Assembly: GCA_040379625.1 (NCBI GenBank) | Contig: JBEIKS010000001.1 | Coordinates: forward strand, 1-38,690 | Source: Burkholderiaceae bacterium | GTDB lineage: Bacteria; Pseudomonadota; Gammaproteobacteria; Burkholderiales; Burkholderiaceae_B | Direction of reading: 5' to 3' | Length of the DNA: 38,690 nt | Shown here: piece by piece, positions 9,911 through 19,995 of the stretch | How positions within the stretch are numbered: the first letter of the stretch is position 1 | Layout of the letters: the number at the start of each line of letters is the position of its first letter | The notes under the pieces: generated by a model | The model's database searches: none | The model's input: only the letters and a program-made list of their open reading frames with translations | Told to the model about the DNA's origin: nothing | Position numbers and translations under genes: made by a program

Positions 9911-10210
9911 TCATTCAATCACTTTGGGTACAAGAAACAGACCTTTTTCAACCGCCGGTGCGCAGGCCAGATTGACCTCGCGAGCGTTGGGCTCGGTGGC
10001 CTCGTCTGCCCTGAGCCGCAATGCCACAGGAGCCAGCACTGCCAGGGGGTGAGCCAGAGGTTCCAGCCCCCGGGTGTCTTGTTCGGCCAGTTGCCCCGCG
10101 AGGTCGATGATATTGTTGATCTGCTGCGCCGTGGCGTCTTGTTCTTCGGGGGAAATGAACAGCCTGGCCAGTTTCCCCAACCTTAAAATTTCATCAGAAT
10201 TCAGTGACAT
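9911..10210 (-). CDS. gatC: Asp/Glu-tRNA amidotransferase subunit C
   Basis: This 99-aa acidic protein lies 7 nt upstream of gatA, matching typical GatC size and position. Confidence 0.85.
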   Translation of the reverse strand: MSLNSDEILRLGKLARLFISPEEQDATAQQINNIIDLAGQLAEQDTRGLEPLAHPLAVLAPVALRLRADEATEPNAREVNLACAPAVEKGLFLVPKVIE

Positions 10211-10277
10211 AGTATGCAGTTTGCAGGTGAGCGCTTAAGGGCGCGAAGTAGTATTGTTCTAAAAATGGGTGGAATGT

Positions 10278-10306
10278 GCTTCAGGCTGGTTTTTGCCCCC
10301 TGAAGC
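10278..10306. other. Inverted repeat with 8-bp arms (GCTTCAGG / CCTGAAGC) and a 13-nt loop, in the gatC-mreB divergent intergenic region
   Basis: I verified the base pairing position by position. No T-run follows on either strand, so it is not a canonical terminator. Confidence 0.5.
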
Positions 10307-10366
10307 GACCCCGTAATAGGGTATCATCGCTGGCTTGGATTCGTAAAAATCAATTACTTATTTTAG

Positions 10367-11425
<1,059 letters not shown>

Positions 11426-11435
11426 CATAACAGGC

Positions 11436-12335
11436 ATGGAGTACACACCGCCGCCGTTATTTAAGCAAGGTCCTTCGGCCAGAGCGCGTCTTGTGTTTTT
11501 CGTTTTGTTGTCGTTTGCCGTACTGGTGCTCGATGTCCGCTATCAAGCCTCGGGCTTGCTCAGAAACATTGCATCGTTCGTGCTGTATCCGGCGCAACTC
11601 CTCGTGGGGTTGCCCGGTCAGATGCTGTCCGGCGTAGACCAACATTTCAAAGACAACACCGACCTCAAAGCTGAAAACCTTCGCTTGCAAAAGCAACACC
11701 TTGCAGACATGAAAGCTTTGCATCAGCTTGCCCAACTCACCGCTGAAAACATTCAGTTGAGAAAAATGATGGCTGCCGGCGAATCCTCTGAAATCAAGGG
11801 CCATCTGGCAGAAATCAAATACGAAGCCAAAGATCCTTACTCGCGCAAAATCATCGTTGATAAAGGCACCTTGGTCGGGGTGTTGGCAGGCCAACCCGTC
11901 ATCGACGAAGCCGGTGTGCTGGGCCAGGTCACCCGCGTGTTTCCCCAGCAGTCCGAAGTCACCTTGCTGACCGATAAAAATCAGGCCATTCCCATTCAAA
12001 ATTTGCGAACCGGTCTTCGCGGTGTTGCCTATGGTGGCCAAGAGGGTGGTTTGCTTGAATTGCGTTTTGTGGCTGCCAATGCAGACGTTGTCGTGGGCGA
12101 CAGCCTGGTCACCTCCGGCATCGACGGCATGTTCCCGGCTGGCTTGCCTGTGGCCAAGGTGTTGCGTGTTGAGCGCAACTCTTCCTACGCATTTGCGCGT
12201 ATCTTGTGTGAACCGGTTGCCGGTGTCGACAAACACCGGTTTGTACTCGTGCTTCCCGTCGACAATCCACTGCCACCCCCAGCACCTGATCCAGACGCCA
12301 AAGGCGGTTCACGTCGCGGAAAGAAGGAGCGCTGA
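11436..12335 (+). CDS. mreC: Rod-shape-determining protein MreC
   Basis: It lies 10 nt after mreB and has an N-terminal TM segment, a coiled-coil region and a beta-rich C-terminus with a Pro-rich tail. The start is the internal ATG (MEYTPPPLFKQGPS). Confidence 0.9.
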   Translation: MEYTPPPLFKQGPSARARLVFFVLLSFAVLVLDVRYQASGLLRNIASFVLYPAQLLVGLPGQMLSGVDQHFKDNTDLKAENLRLQKQHLADMKALHQLAQLTAENIQLRKMMAAGESSEIKGHLAEIKYEAKDPYSRKIIVDKGTLVGVLAGQPVIDEAGVLGQVTRVFPQQSEVTLLTDKNQAIPIQNLRTGLRGVAYGGQEGGLLELRFVAANADVVVGDSLVTSGIDGMFPAGLPVAKVLRVERNSSYAFARILCEPVAGVDKHRFVLVLPVDNPLPPPAPDPDAKGGSRRGKKER

Positions 12336-12337
12336 TC

Positions 12338-12862
12338 ATGGGCATCAACAGCATTTCAGGTCAGGCAATCCTTCGTCCGGTCAGCACCACCTTCATCACC
12401 ATTTCGCTGCTGTGCGCTTTTGTCCTTAATGTACTGCCCTTGCCCAGAAGCCTTCCTGTGCCTGATGTGCTGGCGCTGGTTATCGTGTTCTGGAATATCC
12501 GGCAACCGCGCAAAGTGGGCATAGGTCTGGCCTGGTTGTTCGGATTGATCATGGACGTTCAGCGCGCCGGCGTCTTGGGTGAAACGGCCTTGGCCTACAC
12601 GCTGGTCTCCTACTTTGCCATTACCCTGCACCGGCGGGTGCCATGGTTTTCTCCTTGGGTGCAGGCGGCGCACATGTTTCCCCTGTTTTTTGGGGCGCAT
12701 CTGGTGAGCCTGATGGTGCGTTTGTTCATGGGGGGCATGGTGCCTCCCTTCTGGATGTTGCTCAGCCCAGCGTTCACCGCTGCTCTGTGGCCTTTGGCCA
12801 ATACCTTGTTGATGGCCCCGCAACGCCGCCCCATGGACCCCGACGAGAATCGCCCCCTATGA
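12338..12862 (+). CDS. mreD: Rod-shape-determining protein MreD
   Basis: This polytopic 174-aa membrane protein starts 2 nt after mreC, and its stop overlaps the mrdA start (ATGA). Confidence 0.85.
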   Translation: MGINSISGQAILRPVSTTFITISLLCAFVLNVLPLPRSLPVPDVLALVIVFWNIRQPRKVGIGLAWLFGLIMDVQRAGVLGETALAYTLVSYFAITLHRRVPWFSPWVQAAHMFPLFFGAHLVSLMVRLFMGGMVPPFWMLLSPAFTAALWPLANTLLMAPQRRPMDPDENRPL

Positions 12863-14721
12863 AAAAAGAATTCAGGCATCCGGAACAGGTGCTTCAGGAA
12901 TTCAGGTTGCGTCTGTCTGTGGCCAGCGTGTTTGTGCTGGTTCTGTTTTTTGTATTGGTTGCGCGGTTTGTCTGGCTGCAGGTGTTCAATTACAACAAGT
13001 ACATTGCGCAGGCCGAAGACAATCGCATTACCGTGCTTCCCATTGTGCCTAACCGGGGTCTGATTTTTGACAGAAACGGTGTACCACTGGCGCGCAATTA
13101 TTCCGCCTACACCATAGAAATTACCCCCAGTCGCGTACCCGACCTTGAGTCCACCATAGACGATCTTTCCCGCATCGTAGATATTCAGGCCAGAGACCGG
13201 AAACGCTTCAAGAAATTGATGGAAGAGTCGAAGAATTTCGAATCCATTCCGCTTCGTACCCGCCTGAGCGACGAAGAGGTGGCCCGATTCGCAGTCCATC
13301 GTTACCGATTTCCCGGGGTGGAATTAAAGGCGCGTCTTTTCCGGCAATACCCTCAAGGCGAATCCGGTGCGCATGTGGTGGGTTACATTGGCCGCATCTC
13401 AAAAAAAGACGAAGAGCGCATCGCTGAATTTGAAGACGCTTACAACTATCGCGGTACCCAGTTCATAGGCAAAGAAGGTCTGGAAAAACGGTATGAGCGT
13501 GATCTTCTTGGCAAAACCGGTTTTGAAGATGTAGAAACAGCCGCCGGTGGCAGAGCCGTGCGTGTGTTGTCTCGCAGCAATCCGACACCCGGAAACAACC
13601 TGATTCTTTCCCTCGATTTCCGGTTACAAGAGGCTGTTGAGAAAGCCTTCGGGCAAAGGCGTGGAGCACTCGTGGCCATAGAACCTGCCACCGGCGATGT
13701 TCTGGCCTGGGTCAGCAACCCCACCTACGATCCCAACCTGTTTGTTGATGGTATCGACCCTGAAAACTGGAAGTTGCTAAACGAGTCTGCGGATCGTCCC
13801 CTGCTTAACCGCCCCTTAAGCGGCACCTACCCGCCGGGTTCCACCTACAAGCCTTTCATGGCGTTGGCAGGCTTGGAAACAGGGAAGCGTAAATCCTGGC
13901 AGTCCATTTCAGATCCTGGTTTCTTTGTATTTGGCAATCACCGTTTCCGCGATGACAAAGAAGGTGGTCACGGCGCCGTGGACATGTTCAAGTCCATCGT
14001 GGTGTCTTGCGACACCTATTACTACCAGTTGGGCAACGATTTGGGTGTGGATGCCATTGCCAGCTTCATGGAGCCCTTTGGTTTTGGCCGGCTCACCGAA
14101 ATTGACCTCGACGGCGAGAAAAAAGGCATCCTGCCTTCCACAGAATGGAAACGCAATGCCTACAAAAAGCCGGAGCTCAAGAAATGGTATGCAGGTGAAA
14201 CCATCTCTGTTGCCATTGGTCAGGGCTACAACTCGTTCACCCCCCTGCAGTTGGCGCACGCCATGTCGAATCTCGCCAACAACGGTGTCGTAATGCGTCC
14301 GCATTTGGTGAAGGCGGTTCAAGATGTAAACACTGGGGAAAAACGCATACTGGAACGGCAGCCTAGAAATCGCATTCCATTGAATCAGGAAAACGTGGAT
14401 TTCATCAAGCAGGCCATGGTGGGCGTCAATCTGGAGGGTACCTCCGCCAAGGCTTTTGCAAATGCGCCATTTACCTCTGGTGGAAAGACCGGTACAGCCC
14501 AAGTGTTTTCCTTGAAAGCGAATGAAAAATACGATGCCAAACGCGTGGGCGAACGCTTCAGGGATCACGCCTGGTTTATTGCGTTTGCGCCAGTAGAAAA
14601 TCCTAAGATCGCCTTGGCCGTGATTGTTGAAAACGGCGGTTTTGGCGCACAGGCTGCTGCCCCTATCGCCCGCACAGCGATTGAGACCTACCTGACTGCC
14701 AAAGAGGAGGCCAAGCCTTGA
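12859..14721 (+). CDS. mrdA: Penicillin-binding protein 2, the elongasome transpeptidase
   Basis: It has the motifs STYK, SCD (SxD) and KTGTAQ. The start is taken at MKKEFRHPEQ, where the ATG overlaps the mreD stop. The 72 upstream codons of the track ORF overlap mreD and were rejected. Confidence 0.95.
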   Translation: MKKEFRHPEQVLQEFRLRLSVASVFVLVLFFVLVARFVWLQVFNYNKYIAQAEDNRITVLPIVPNRGLIFDRNGVPLARNYSAYTIEITPSRVPDLESTIDDLSRIVDIQARDRKRFKKLMEESKNFESIPLRTRLSDEEVARFAVHRYRFPGVELKARLFRQYPQGESGAHVVGYIGRISKKDEERIAEFEDAYNYRGTQFIGKEGLEKRYERDLLGKTGFEDVETAAGGRAVRVLSRSNPTPGNNLILSLDFRLQEAVEKAFGQRRGALVAIEPATGDVLAWVSNPTYDPNLFVDGIDPENWKLLNESADRPLLNRPLSGTYPPGSTYKPFMALAGLETGKRKSWQSISDPGFFVFGNHRFRDDKEGGHGAVDMFKSIVVSCDTYYYQLGNDLGVDAIASFMEPFGFGRLTEIDLDGEKKGILPSTEWKRNAYKKPELKKWYAGETISVAIGQGYNSFTPLQLAHAMSNLANNGVVMRPHLVKAVQDVNTGEKRILERQPRNRIPLNQENVDFIKQAMVGVNLEGTSAKAFANAPFTSGGKTGTAQVFSLKANEKYDAKRVGERFRDHAWFIAFAPVENPKIALAVIVENGGFGAQAAAPIARTAIETYLTAKEEAKP

Positions 14722-15824
14722 ACAACATCACACCTTGGCAGCGAATCAAGCCTTATTTTTTGGCATTTGACCCGGCTTTGAGTCTTATTTTGTTGGGCAT
14801 CGCCATTATTTCCATCCTCATTCAGTTTTCCGCTGCTTACGATTTCTCCGGGCGCATGCCAGACCACATCCGTAATTTTTTACTCGCCTTCATGGTGATG
14901 TGGATTGCGGCCAACGTGCCTCCGCAAACCTTGTTGAAGGTGGCGCTGCCGGTGTATGTCGCCGGTGTGCTGTTGCTGGTGGCGGTGGCCTTGTTTGGTG
15001 ACGTCAGCAAAGGTGCCAGACGTTGGTTGAATCTCGGCGCCACCCGCATACAACCCTCAGAGTTGTTGAAAATCGGAGTGCCTCTCATGTTGGCCTGGTA
15101 TTTTCAGCAGCGGGAATCCGTGTTGGCGTACAAAGACTACGGTGTGGCCGCCATTATTTTGGCCATCCCAACAGTGCTCATTTTGAAACAACCCGATTTG
15201 GGTACCGCCACGTTGGTATTTGCAGCCGGTTTTTTTGTGATTTTTTTTGCTGGTCTGAGTTGGCGCATTCTGGTGGCGGGCTTCGTGGTTTTTTTGGGCA
15301 GTTTGCCCTTGATCTGGGCCTTGATGCACGACTACCAACGCCAACGCGTCATGACCTTGCTTGACCCCACCACCGACCCGCTGGGCAAAGGTTTTCACAT
15401 TATTCAATCCATGATTGCGGTGGGCTCAGGCGGCATTGTCGGAAAAGGCTTCTTGCAAGGCACCCAAACCCACCTTGAGTTCATTCCCGAACGCACCACC
15501 GACTTCATCTTTTCCGTCTACATGGAAGAGTTCGGTCTGATGGGGGCCTTGGTGCTGTTGGTGTTGTATGGTTTGCTCATCAGCAGGGGGTTCGCCATTG
15601 CCTCAAGCGCACCCACCTTGTTCGCCCGCTTGCTGGCAGCCAGTCTCACCATGATTTTTTTCACCTACGCATTTGTAAACATGGGCATGGTGGTGGGCAT
15701 CCTGCCTGTGGTGGGCGTACCCTTGCCCTTCATGAGCTATGGCGGTACCGCCTTGCTGACTCTGGGTTTGGCCTCTGGCATGCTGATGAGCATTCAAAGG
15801 CACAGGAAGCTCGTACCCACCTGA
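14718..15824 (+). CDS. rodA: SEDS peptidoglycan polymerase RodA
   Basis: It is a polytopic protein with the C-terminal motif GVPLPFMSYGGTALL. The TTG start overlaps the mrdA stop (TTGA at 14718-14721). No in-frame ATG occurs before conserved N-terminal sequence. Confidence 0.9.
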   Translation: MNNITPWQRIKPYFLAFDPALSLILLGIAIISILIQFSAAYDFSGRMPDHIRNFLLAFMVMWIAANVPPQTLLKVALPVYVAGVLLLVAVALFGDVSKGARRWLNLGATRIQPSELLKIGVPLMLAWYFQQRESVLAYKDYGVAAIILAIPTVLILKQPDLGTATLVFAAGFFVIFFAGLSWRILVAGFVVFLGSLPLIWALMHDYQRQRVMTLLDPTTDPLGKGFHIIQSMIAVGSGGIVGKGFLQGTQTHLEFIPERTTDFIFSVYMEEFGLMGALVLLVLYGLLISRGFAIASSAPTLFARLLAASLTMIFFTYAFVNMGMVVGILPVVGVPLPFMSYGGTALLTLGLASGMLMSIQRHRKLVPT

Positions 15825-15833
15825 AAGCGGCGG

Positions 15834-16619
15834 TCAGGTGTATTGCATCGCGTAGCTTAAAATCAGCGGTGAATGGTCCGAAAACCGCTGCGCCTTGAAC
15901 ACTTCTGCGTGGGTGGCGGTGCGGCCCAAGGTCGGGGTGGCCACCTGGTAGTCTATGCGCCACCCCACGTTGTTGGCCCACGCTTGTCCGCGGTTGGACC
16001 ACCAGGTGTAGCAGTCGTCCGTGGTGTCGGGCGCCACATGGCGGTAGGTGTCCACCCAGTCCAGTTCATTGAATACCCGGGTCATCCAGTCACGTTCTTC
16101 AGGTAAAAATCCTGAGTTTTTACGGTTGCTTTTCCAGTTTTTCAAGTCCTGTTCTTTGTGTGCAATATTCCAGTCGCCACAGATAATGAATTCGCGATTT
16201 TCCTGTTTCAAGGTTTCCAGGTGCGGAAAAAATTCTTCAAGAAACCGGAATTTCGCTTCCTGTCTTTCCGGTGCTGAAGCGCCGGAGGGCAAGTAGATGG
16301 AAATCACGGAAAGCGCTTCAAAATCCATTCGCACATAACGCCCTTCGGTATCAAACTCTTTTGAGCCAAATCCGATGGTCACGTTTTCAGGTTTGCGCTT
16401 GGCGTAGATACCCACGCCGCTGTAGCCCTTTTTTTCTGCATAGTGAAATGCACCATGCATGCCAAAAGGTGCAAGCATGTCGGGTGTCATGTCGGCGGCC
16501 TGTGCCTTCAGTTCCTGAACACAGACGACATCAGCGTCTTGGGTCTGCATCCATTGAAAAAAACCTTTGGTATTGGCTGAGCGCACACCGTTCAAGTTGG
16601 CGCTGATGACTTTAAACAT
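15834..16619 (-). CDS. xth: Exodeoxyribonuclease III family AP endonuclease
   Basis: The motifs are [28 protein letters not shown] and SDHSPL. The start is the internal ATG at 16619. Confidence 0.9.
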   Translation of the reverse strand: MFKVISANLNGVRSANTKGFFQWMQTQDADVVCVQELKAQAADMTPDMLAPFGMHGAFHYAEKKGYSGVGIYAKRKPENVTIGFGSKEFDTEGRYVRMDFEALSVISIYLPSGASAPERQEAKFRFLEEFFPHLETLKQENREFIICGDWNIAHKEQDLKNWKSNRKNSGFLPEERDWMTRVFNELDWVDTYRHVAPDTTDDCYTWWSNRGQAWANNVGWRIDYQVATPTLGRTATHAEVFKAQRFSDHSPLILSYAMQYT

Positions 16620-16685
16620 TCTTCTGCCTTTCTGACACTGCAAAATATTGGGATAATCTGTTACTTTAGAATTAAAGGCTACCGC

Positions 16686-17396
16686 ATGACTTCGTTATCA
16701 AACCCTGTTTCACCGAGCGCTTCTTCCAATGCACATGCGTTTTTAAAGTTCGCCCTCGACCTTGAAGTCTTGCGCTTTGGCGAATTTACCACCAAGGCAG
16801 GCAGGCTCTCGCCCTATTTTTTCAATGCGGGTTTGTTCAACACCGGTTCAGCCTTGAACCAATTGTGCCAGTTTTACGCACAAGCCCTGCTGTCGCAGTC
16901 TCAAGCCAAAAACATTGAGTTCGACATGTTGTTCGGCCCTGCCTACAAAGGCATTCCGCTGGCCGCAGGCACCGCAATGCAATTGGCGGGTTTGGGTCGG
17001 GACATTCCCTTTGCCTTTAACCGGAAAGAGGCAAAAGCACACGGCGAAGGCGGCACCATTGTGGGCGCACCCTTGAAGGGCAGGGTTGTAATCATTGACG
17101 ATGTCATCACGGCTGGAACGTCCGTCAGGGAATCTGTGGATATTATTCGTGCGGCCGGCGCCACACCGGCAGCTGTTTTGATTGCACTTGACCGCATGGA
17201 AAAAGGCGTGCGAGACGGGCAACTCACCACCCACTCCGCAGTTCAGGAAGTCCAAAATCTGTATGGCATTCCAGTGTTTGCAATCGCCAGTTTAAGCGAC
17301 CTCATGGGCTTTCTAGACACAGACACAGCCAGCGCAAGCGGTATACAAACTTACCGCGAACAAGTCAAAGCCTACCGCGTTCAGTATGGTGTCTGA
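16686..17396 (+). CDS. pyrE: Orotate phosphoribosyltransferase
   Basis: It has the PRPP-binding loop [13 protein letters not shown] and N-terminal [17 protein letters not shown]. Confidence 0.9.
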   Translation: MTSLSNPVSPSASSNAHAFLKFALDLEVLRFGEFTTKAGRLSPYFFNAGLFNTGSALNQLCQFYAQALLSQSQAKNIEFDMLFGPAYKGIPLAAGTAMQLAGLGRDIPFAFNRKEAKAHGEGGTIVGAPLKGRVVIIDDVITAGTSVRESVDIIRAAGATPAAVLIALDRMEKGVRDGQLTTHSAVQEVQNLYGIPVFAIASLSDLMGFLDTDTASASGIQTYREQVKAYRVQYGV

Positions 17397-17423
17397 CCAC
17401 AGCGCTGTGCGGGCCTTTAGATT

Positions 17424-17699
17424 TTAGAGCACGATGGAAACCAGCGGGTGCGAGGTCAGTGATCTGTAAATCGCATCCAGTTGTGCTTGCGATTGGGCAT
17501 TGATGGTGCAGGTCAGCGAAATGTATTTTCCGCCAGCGCTGGTCCGCATCTCAATGTGCACCGGATCAAAATCCGGTGCATTCACCAAGATCACCGCCGT
17601 CATTTCCTGAGCAAACCCGTCCACGCGCTTTCCCATCACTTTGATGGGAAACTCGCAGGGAAAGGTTAGCAGGGTTTCCGGTTTGTCAGCAGAACTCAT
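17424..17699 (-). CDS. YbeD/DUF493 family small protein
   Basis: This 91-aa protein has the FPCEFPIKVMG motif typical of YbeD. Its start overlaps the stop of the upstream carboxypeptidase gene (ATGA). Confidence 0.75.
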   Translation of the reverse strand: MSSADKPETLLTFPCEFPIKVMGKRVDGFAQEMTAVILVNAPDFDPVHIEMRTSAGGKYISLTCTINAQSQAQLDAIYRSLTSHPLVSIVL

Positions 17700-18952
17700 T
17701 TACGGTTTTTCCACCACAGTTTTCCAGAATCGATGAGACGTCCGAAAATGCCTGAGGTGTCTACTTCCTCAAGGGCAACCATGGGCGTTTCAAGCAATAA
17801 CTTGCCGTCCAGGCTGACCTGAAGCATGCCCACCTGAGAGCCGACACTGACCGGAGCAATCAGGGGTTCTACTTTTTGGAATGTGGCCTGCAATTTCCCG
17901 GAAGCGCCTCTTGGAACGGAAATCACGATGTTCTTGAGGAAGCCGGTTTTTACTTCGGACTTTTTGCCCTTAAAAATTTCAGGCGTTGCAACCACCTGAT
18001 TCTCACTGTAAAGCTTGACGGTCTCAAACATCTGGAATCCGTAGTTCAGCAACTTCAGGCTTTCCTGTGCGCGGACGTTGTCTGATGGGGCTCCGAGCAA
18101 AACAGAGACCAGTCTGCGGTCCACGCCATTGCTCAATGTCCGTTTTGCAGAAGAAACCAGACAGTATCCGGCGGCATCGGTGTGGCCGGTTTTCATGCCA
18201 TCCACGCTGCTGTCTATGGTGAGTAAACGGTTGCGGTTGGGCTGGCGTATGCCGTTGTAGGTGTATTCGCGTTCCGAGTAAAGTTTGTAGAGCTCGGGGA
18301 AGTCTCTCACCAAGGCTGCAGCCAGCAAACTCAAGTCATTGGAGCTGCTGTAATGCTGTGCGTCGGGCAGGCCGGTGGCATTTTTGAATTGTGTGTTCTT
18401 CATGCCCAGGCGTTTTGCTTCCCGATTCATGAAAACGGCAAACTGGTTTTCGTCGCCGGCAATGACTTCTGCCAGCGCAATGGCTGCATCGTTTCCAGAC
18501 TGGATAATCATTCCCCGCAGCAGTTCTCCGACGGTGACCGGTTTGTTCGGTTCAATAAACGTACGTGAGCCTTGTGCTTTCCAGGCGCGCTGGGAAACGG
18601 GAACGGTCTGGTCTTGTGTCAGCTGTTTGTCTCGCAGCGCCGCAAACACAATGTAGGCTGTCATCAGTTTGGTCAGCGATGCAGGCTCGAAACGTGTGTC
18701 AGCCTCTTGTGATGCCAGTCTTTGACCGGTTGACATGTCCAGCAGCGTGAATGATTTTGCCGCCAGTGTGGGCGGAGGCAGCTCACCGGTCATTCCGGTT
18801 GAAGTGACTGCCGGTGCTGCGGCCGCAGGCGCAGCTGCATGTGAGGCTGTCAGTGTGCACACACATAAAACAGCGCCAGCCAAAAGGCTTGCGAAAGAAG
18901 ACTGTTTGCGTATTGAAATGGAAGTTGAGTTGCCTAATGCAAGCGATGTCAT
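17696..18952 (-). CDS. D-alanyl-D-alanine carboxypeptidase, PBP5/6-type serine peptidase
   Basis: It has a signal peptide and the motifs SLTK (SxxK), SGN (SxN) and KTGHT (KTG). Confidence 0.9.
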   Translation of the reverse strand: MTSLALGNSTSISIRKQSSFASLLAGAVLCVCTLTASHAAAPAAAAPAVTSTGMTGELPPPTLAAKSFTLLDMSTGQRLASQEADTRFEPASLTKLMTAYIVFAALRDKQLTQDQTVPVSQRAWKAQGSRTFIEPNKPVTVGELLRGMIIQSGNDAAIALAEVIAGDENQFAVFMNREAKRLGMKNTQFKNATGLPDAQHYSSSNDLSLLAAALVRDFPELYKLYSEREYTYNGIRQPNRNRLLTIDSSVDGMKTGHTDAAGYCLVSSAKRTLSNGVDRRLVSVLLGAPSDNVRAQESLKLLNYGFQMFETVKLYSENQVVATPEIFKGKKSEVKTGFLKNIVISVPRGASGKLQATFQKVEPLIAPVSVGSQVGMLQVSLDGKLLLETPMVALEEVDTSGIFGRLIDSGKLWWKNRK

Positions 18953-18986
18953 AGCGTTTTGAGTATTTCGATCAAGTTGTTTTGGG

Positions 18987-19625
18987 TTAAAGCGGGTACA
19001 TCCGAACTATAAGGTCTTTTAACTGCGTTAATTTTCCGTGGAAGAAGTGCTCTACGCCGGGAAGTACAACAACAGGCAGGTCTTGGGGTTTGGCCCAGTC
19101 AAAAACGCTTTTCAGCGGAACGGTATCGTCGGTTTCGCCGTGAATGACCAGCGTATTTGCAGGTACCTCCGCCACATCAAAGCGACTGCAGGCTGTGCCC
19201 ACCAGCACCAGTTTTTCAACGGTGATGTTGTTTTCCAGAAGACGTTGGGCCAACAGCGAACTGACAAACGCCCCAAATGAAAACCCTGCCAGCGCCAGCC
19301 TTTGCTGGCTGGTGGTGGGTAGCAAGGTCTGAACTGCGTGCATCACCACATCGAACTTGTCGTCGGTTTCGCCCATTCCGTGGTCGTGTTTGCCGGAGGT
19401 CTGGCCCACGCCTCTGAAATTGGAGCGCACAGTGATGAAACCCAGGTGCAAAAAGGCCCTGGCAATGGTTTGCACCACTTTGTTGTCCATGGTGCCGCCG
19501 AACAAAGGGTGGGGATGGGAAATGACGACCACGCCAACTGCCGGTTGTGTTTCGGGTGTGTCAATGGCGACTTCAATGGTTTGGCTGCGGCCTTCCCAGA
19601 TCAAACGCTGTGTTTTTGGATTCAT
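18987..19625 (-). CDS. Small alpha/beta hydrolase, COG2945-like (from memory)
   Basis: This 212-aa protein has HPHPLFGGTMDNKVV and the nucleophile elbow GFSFG. Its ATG shares one base with the ferredoxin stop (TGATG at 19623-19627). Confidence 0.65.
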   Translation of the reverse strand: MNPKTQRLIWEGRSQTIEVAIDTPETQPAVGVVVISHPHPLFGGTMDNKVVQTIARAFLHLGFITVRSNFRGVGQTSGKHDHGMGETDDKFDVVMHAVQTLLPTTSQQRLALAGFSFGAFVSSLLAQRLLENNITVEKLVLVGTACSRFDVAEVPANTLVIHGETDDTVPLKSVFDWAKPQDLPVVVLPGVEHFFHGKLTQLKDLIVRMYPL

Positions 19626-19945
19626 CAGACAGCGCGATCCACTTTTAAGCGTTCCACCGGGCGGTTGTTGATGATGTGCTCTTCAATGATTTCATCAATG
19701 TCTGTTTCATCCATGAAGGTGTACCAGGTTTCTTCCGGGTACACCACCAGCACGGGGCCCAATTCGCAACGGTCCAGGCAACCGGCTTTGTTCATTCGTA
19801 CCTTGCCCTCGCCATTAAGCCCGAGCGAGGCAATTTTCTTCTTTGCGTAAGCGTGTAATTCGACCGCTCTGTGATTGGCGCAGCAGTTCTCGCCTTCAGG
19901 CCGTTGGTTGGTGCAAAAAAATACATGGTGGGTGTAGTAGGACAT
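19625..19945 (-). CDS. Thioredoxin-like [2Fe-2S] ferredoxin
   Basis: This 106-aa protein has Cys ligand candidates in FFCTNQRPEGENCC and AGCLDRCELGP, a typical spacing for this family. Confidence 0.7.
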   Translation of the reverse strand: MSYYTHHVFFCTNQRPEGENCCANHRAVELHAYAKKKIASLGLNGEGKVRMNKAGCLDRCELGPVLVVYPEETWYTFMDETDIDEIIEEHIINNRPVERLKVDRAV

Positions 19946-19995
19946 GAGCCCCTCTGAGCGGATTTAAAGCAGACAATCTCTATTATCGCTGATTT

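Noticed and set aside
11457-12236. Long antisense ORFs lie opposite well-supported genes. Examples are 259 aa opposite mreC, 12610-13299 (229 aa) opposite mreD/mrdA, 13909-14568 (219 aa) opposite mrdA, 36875-37444 (189 aa) opposite glmU, 9617-10186 (189 aa) opposite gatA/gatC, and 20301-20780 opposite the VanZ-like gene.
   Set aside because: Their translations are low-complexity and rich in Arg, Gly, His and Gln, with no recognisable motifs, signal peptides or SD-linked starts. They lie entirely inside strongly conserved genes on the other strand. This is the expected by-product of codon bias in a moderately GC-rich genome.
12643-12858. Several track ORFs carry N-terminal extensions: mrdA, gatB, mreB, mreC, xth, birA/coaX, the methyltransferase, ttcA, yqaA-like, SPOR, PCu(A)C and phaM-like.
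   Set aside because: The extensions overlap the neighbouring gene or the divergent partner, lack SD sequences and precede canonical family N-termini. In each case an internal start with an SD or a stop/start overlap explains the gene better.
17398-17409. A perfect 12-bp palindrome CACAGCGCTGTG between convergent pyrE and the ybeD-like gene could be a bidirectional terminator.
   Set aside because: It has no loop, so it could form at most a stem of about 4 bp, and no flanking T- or A-tracts are present. It is too weak to call.
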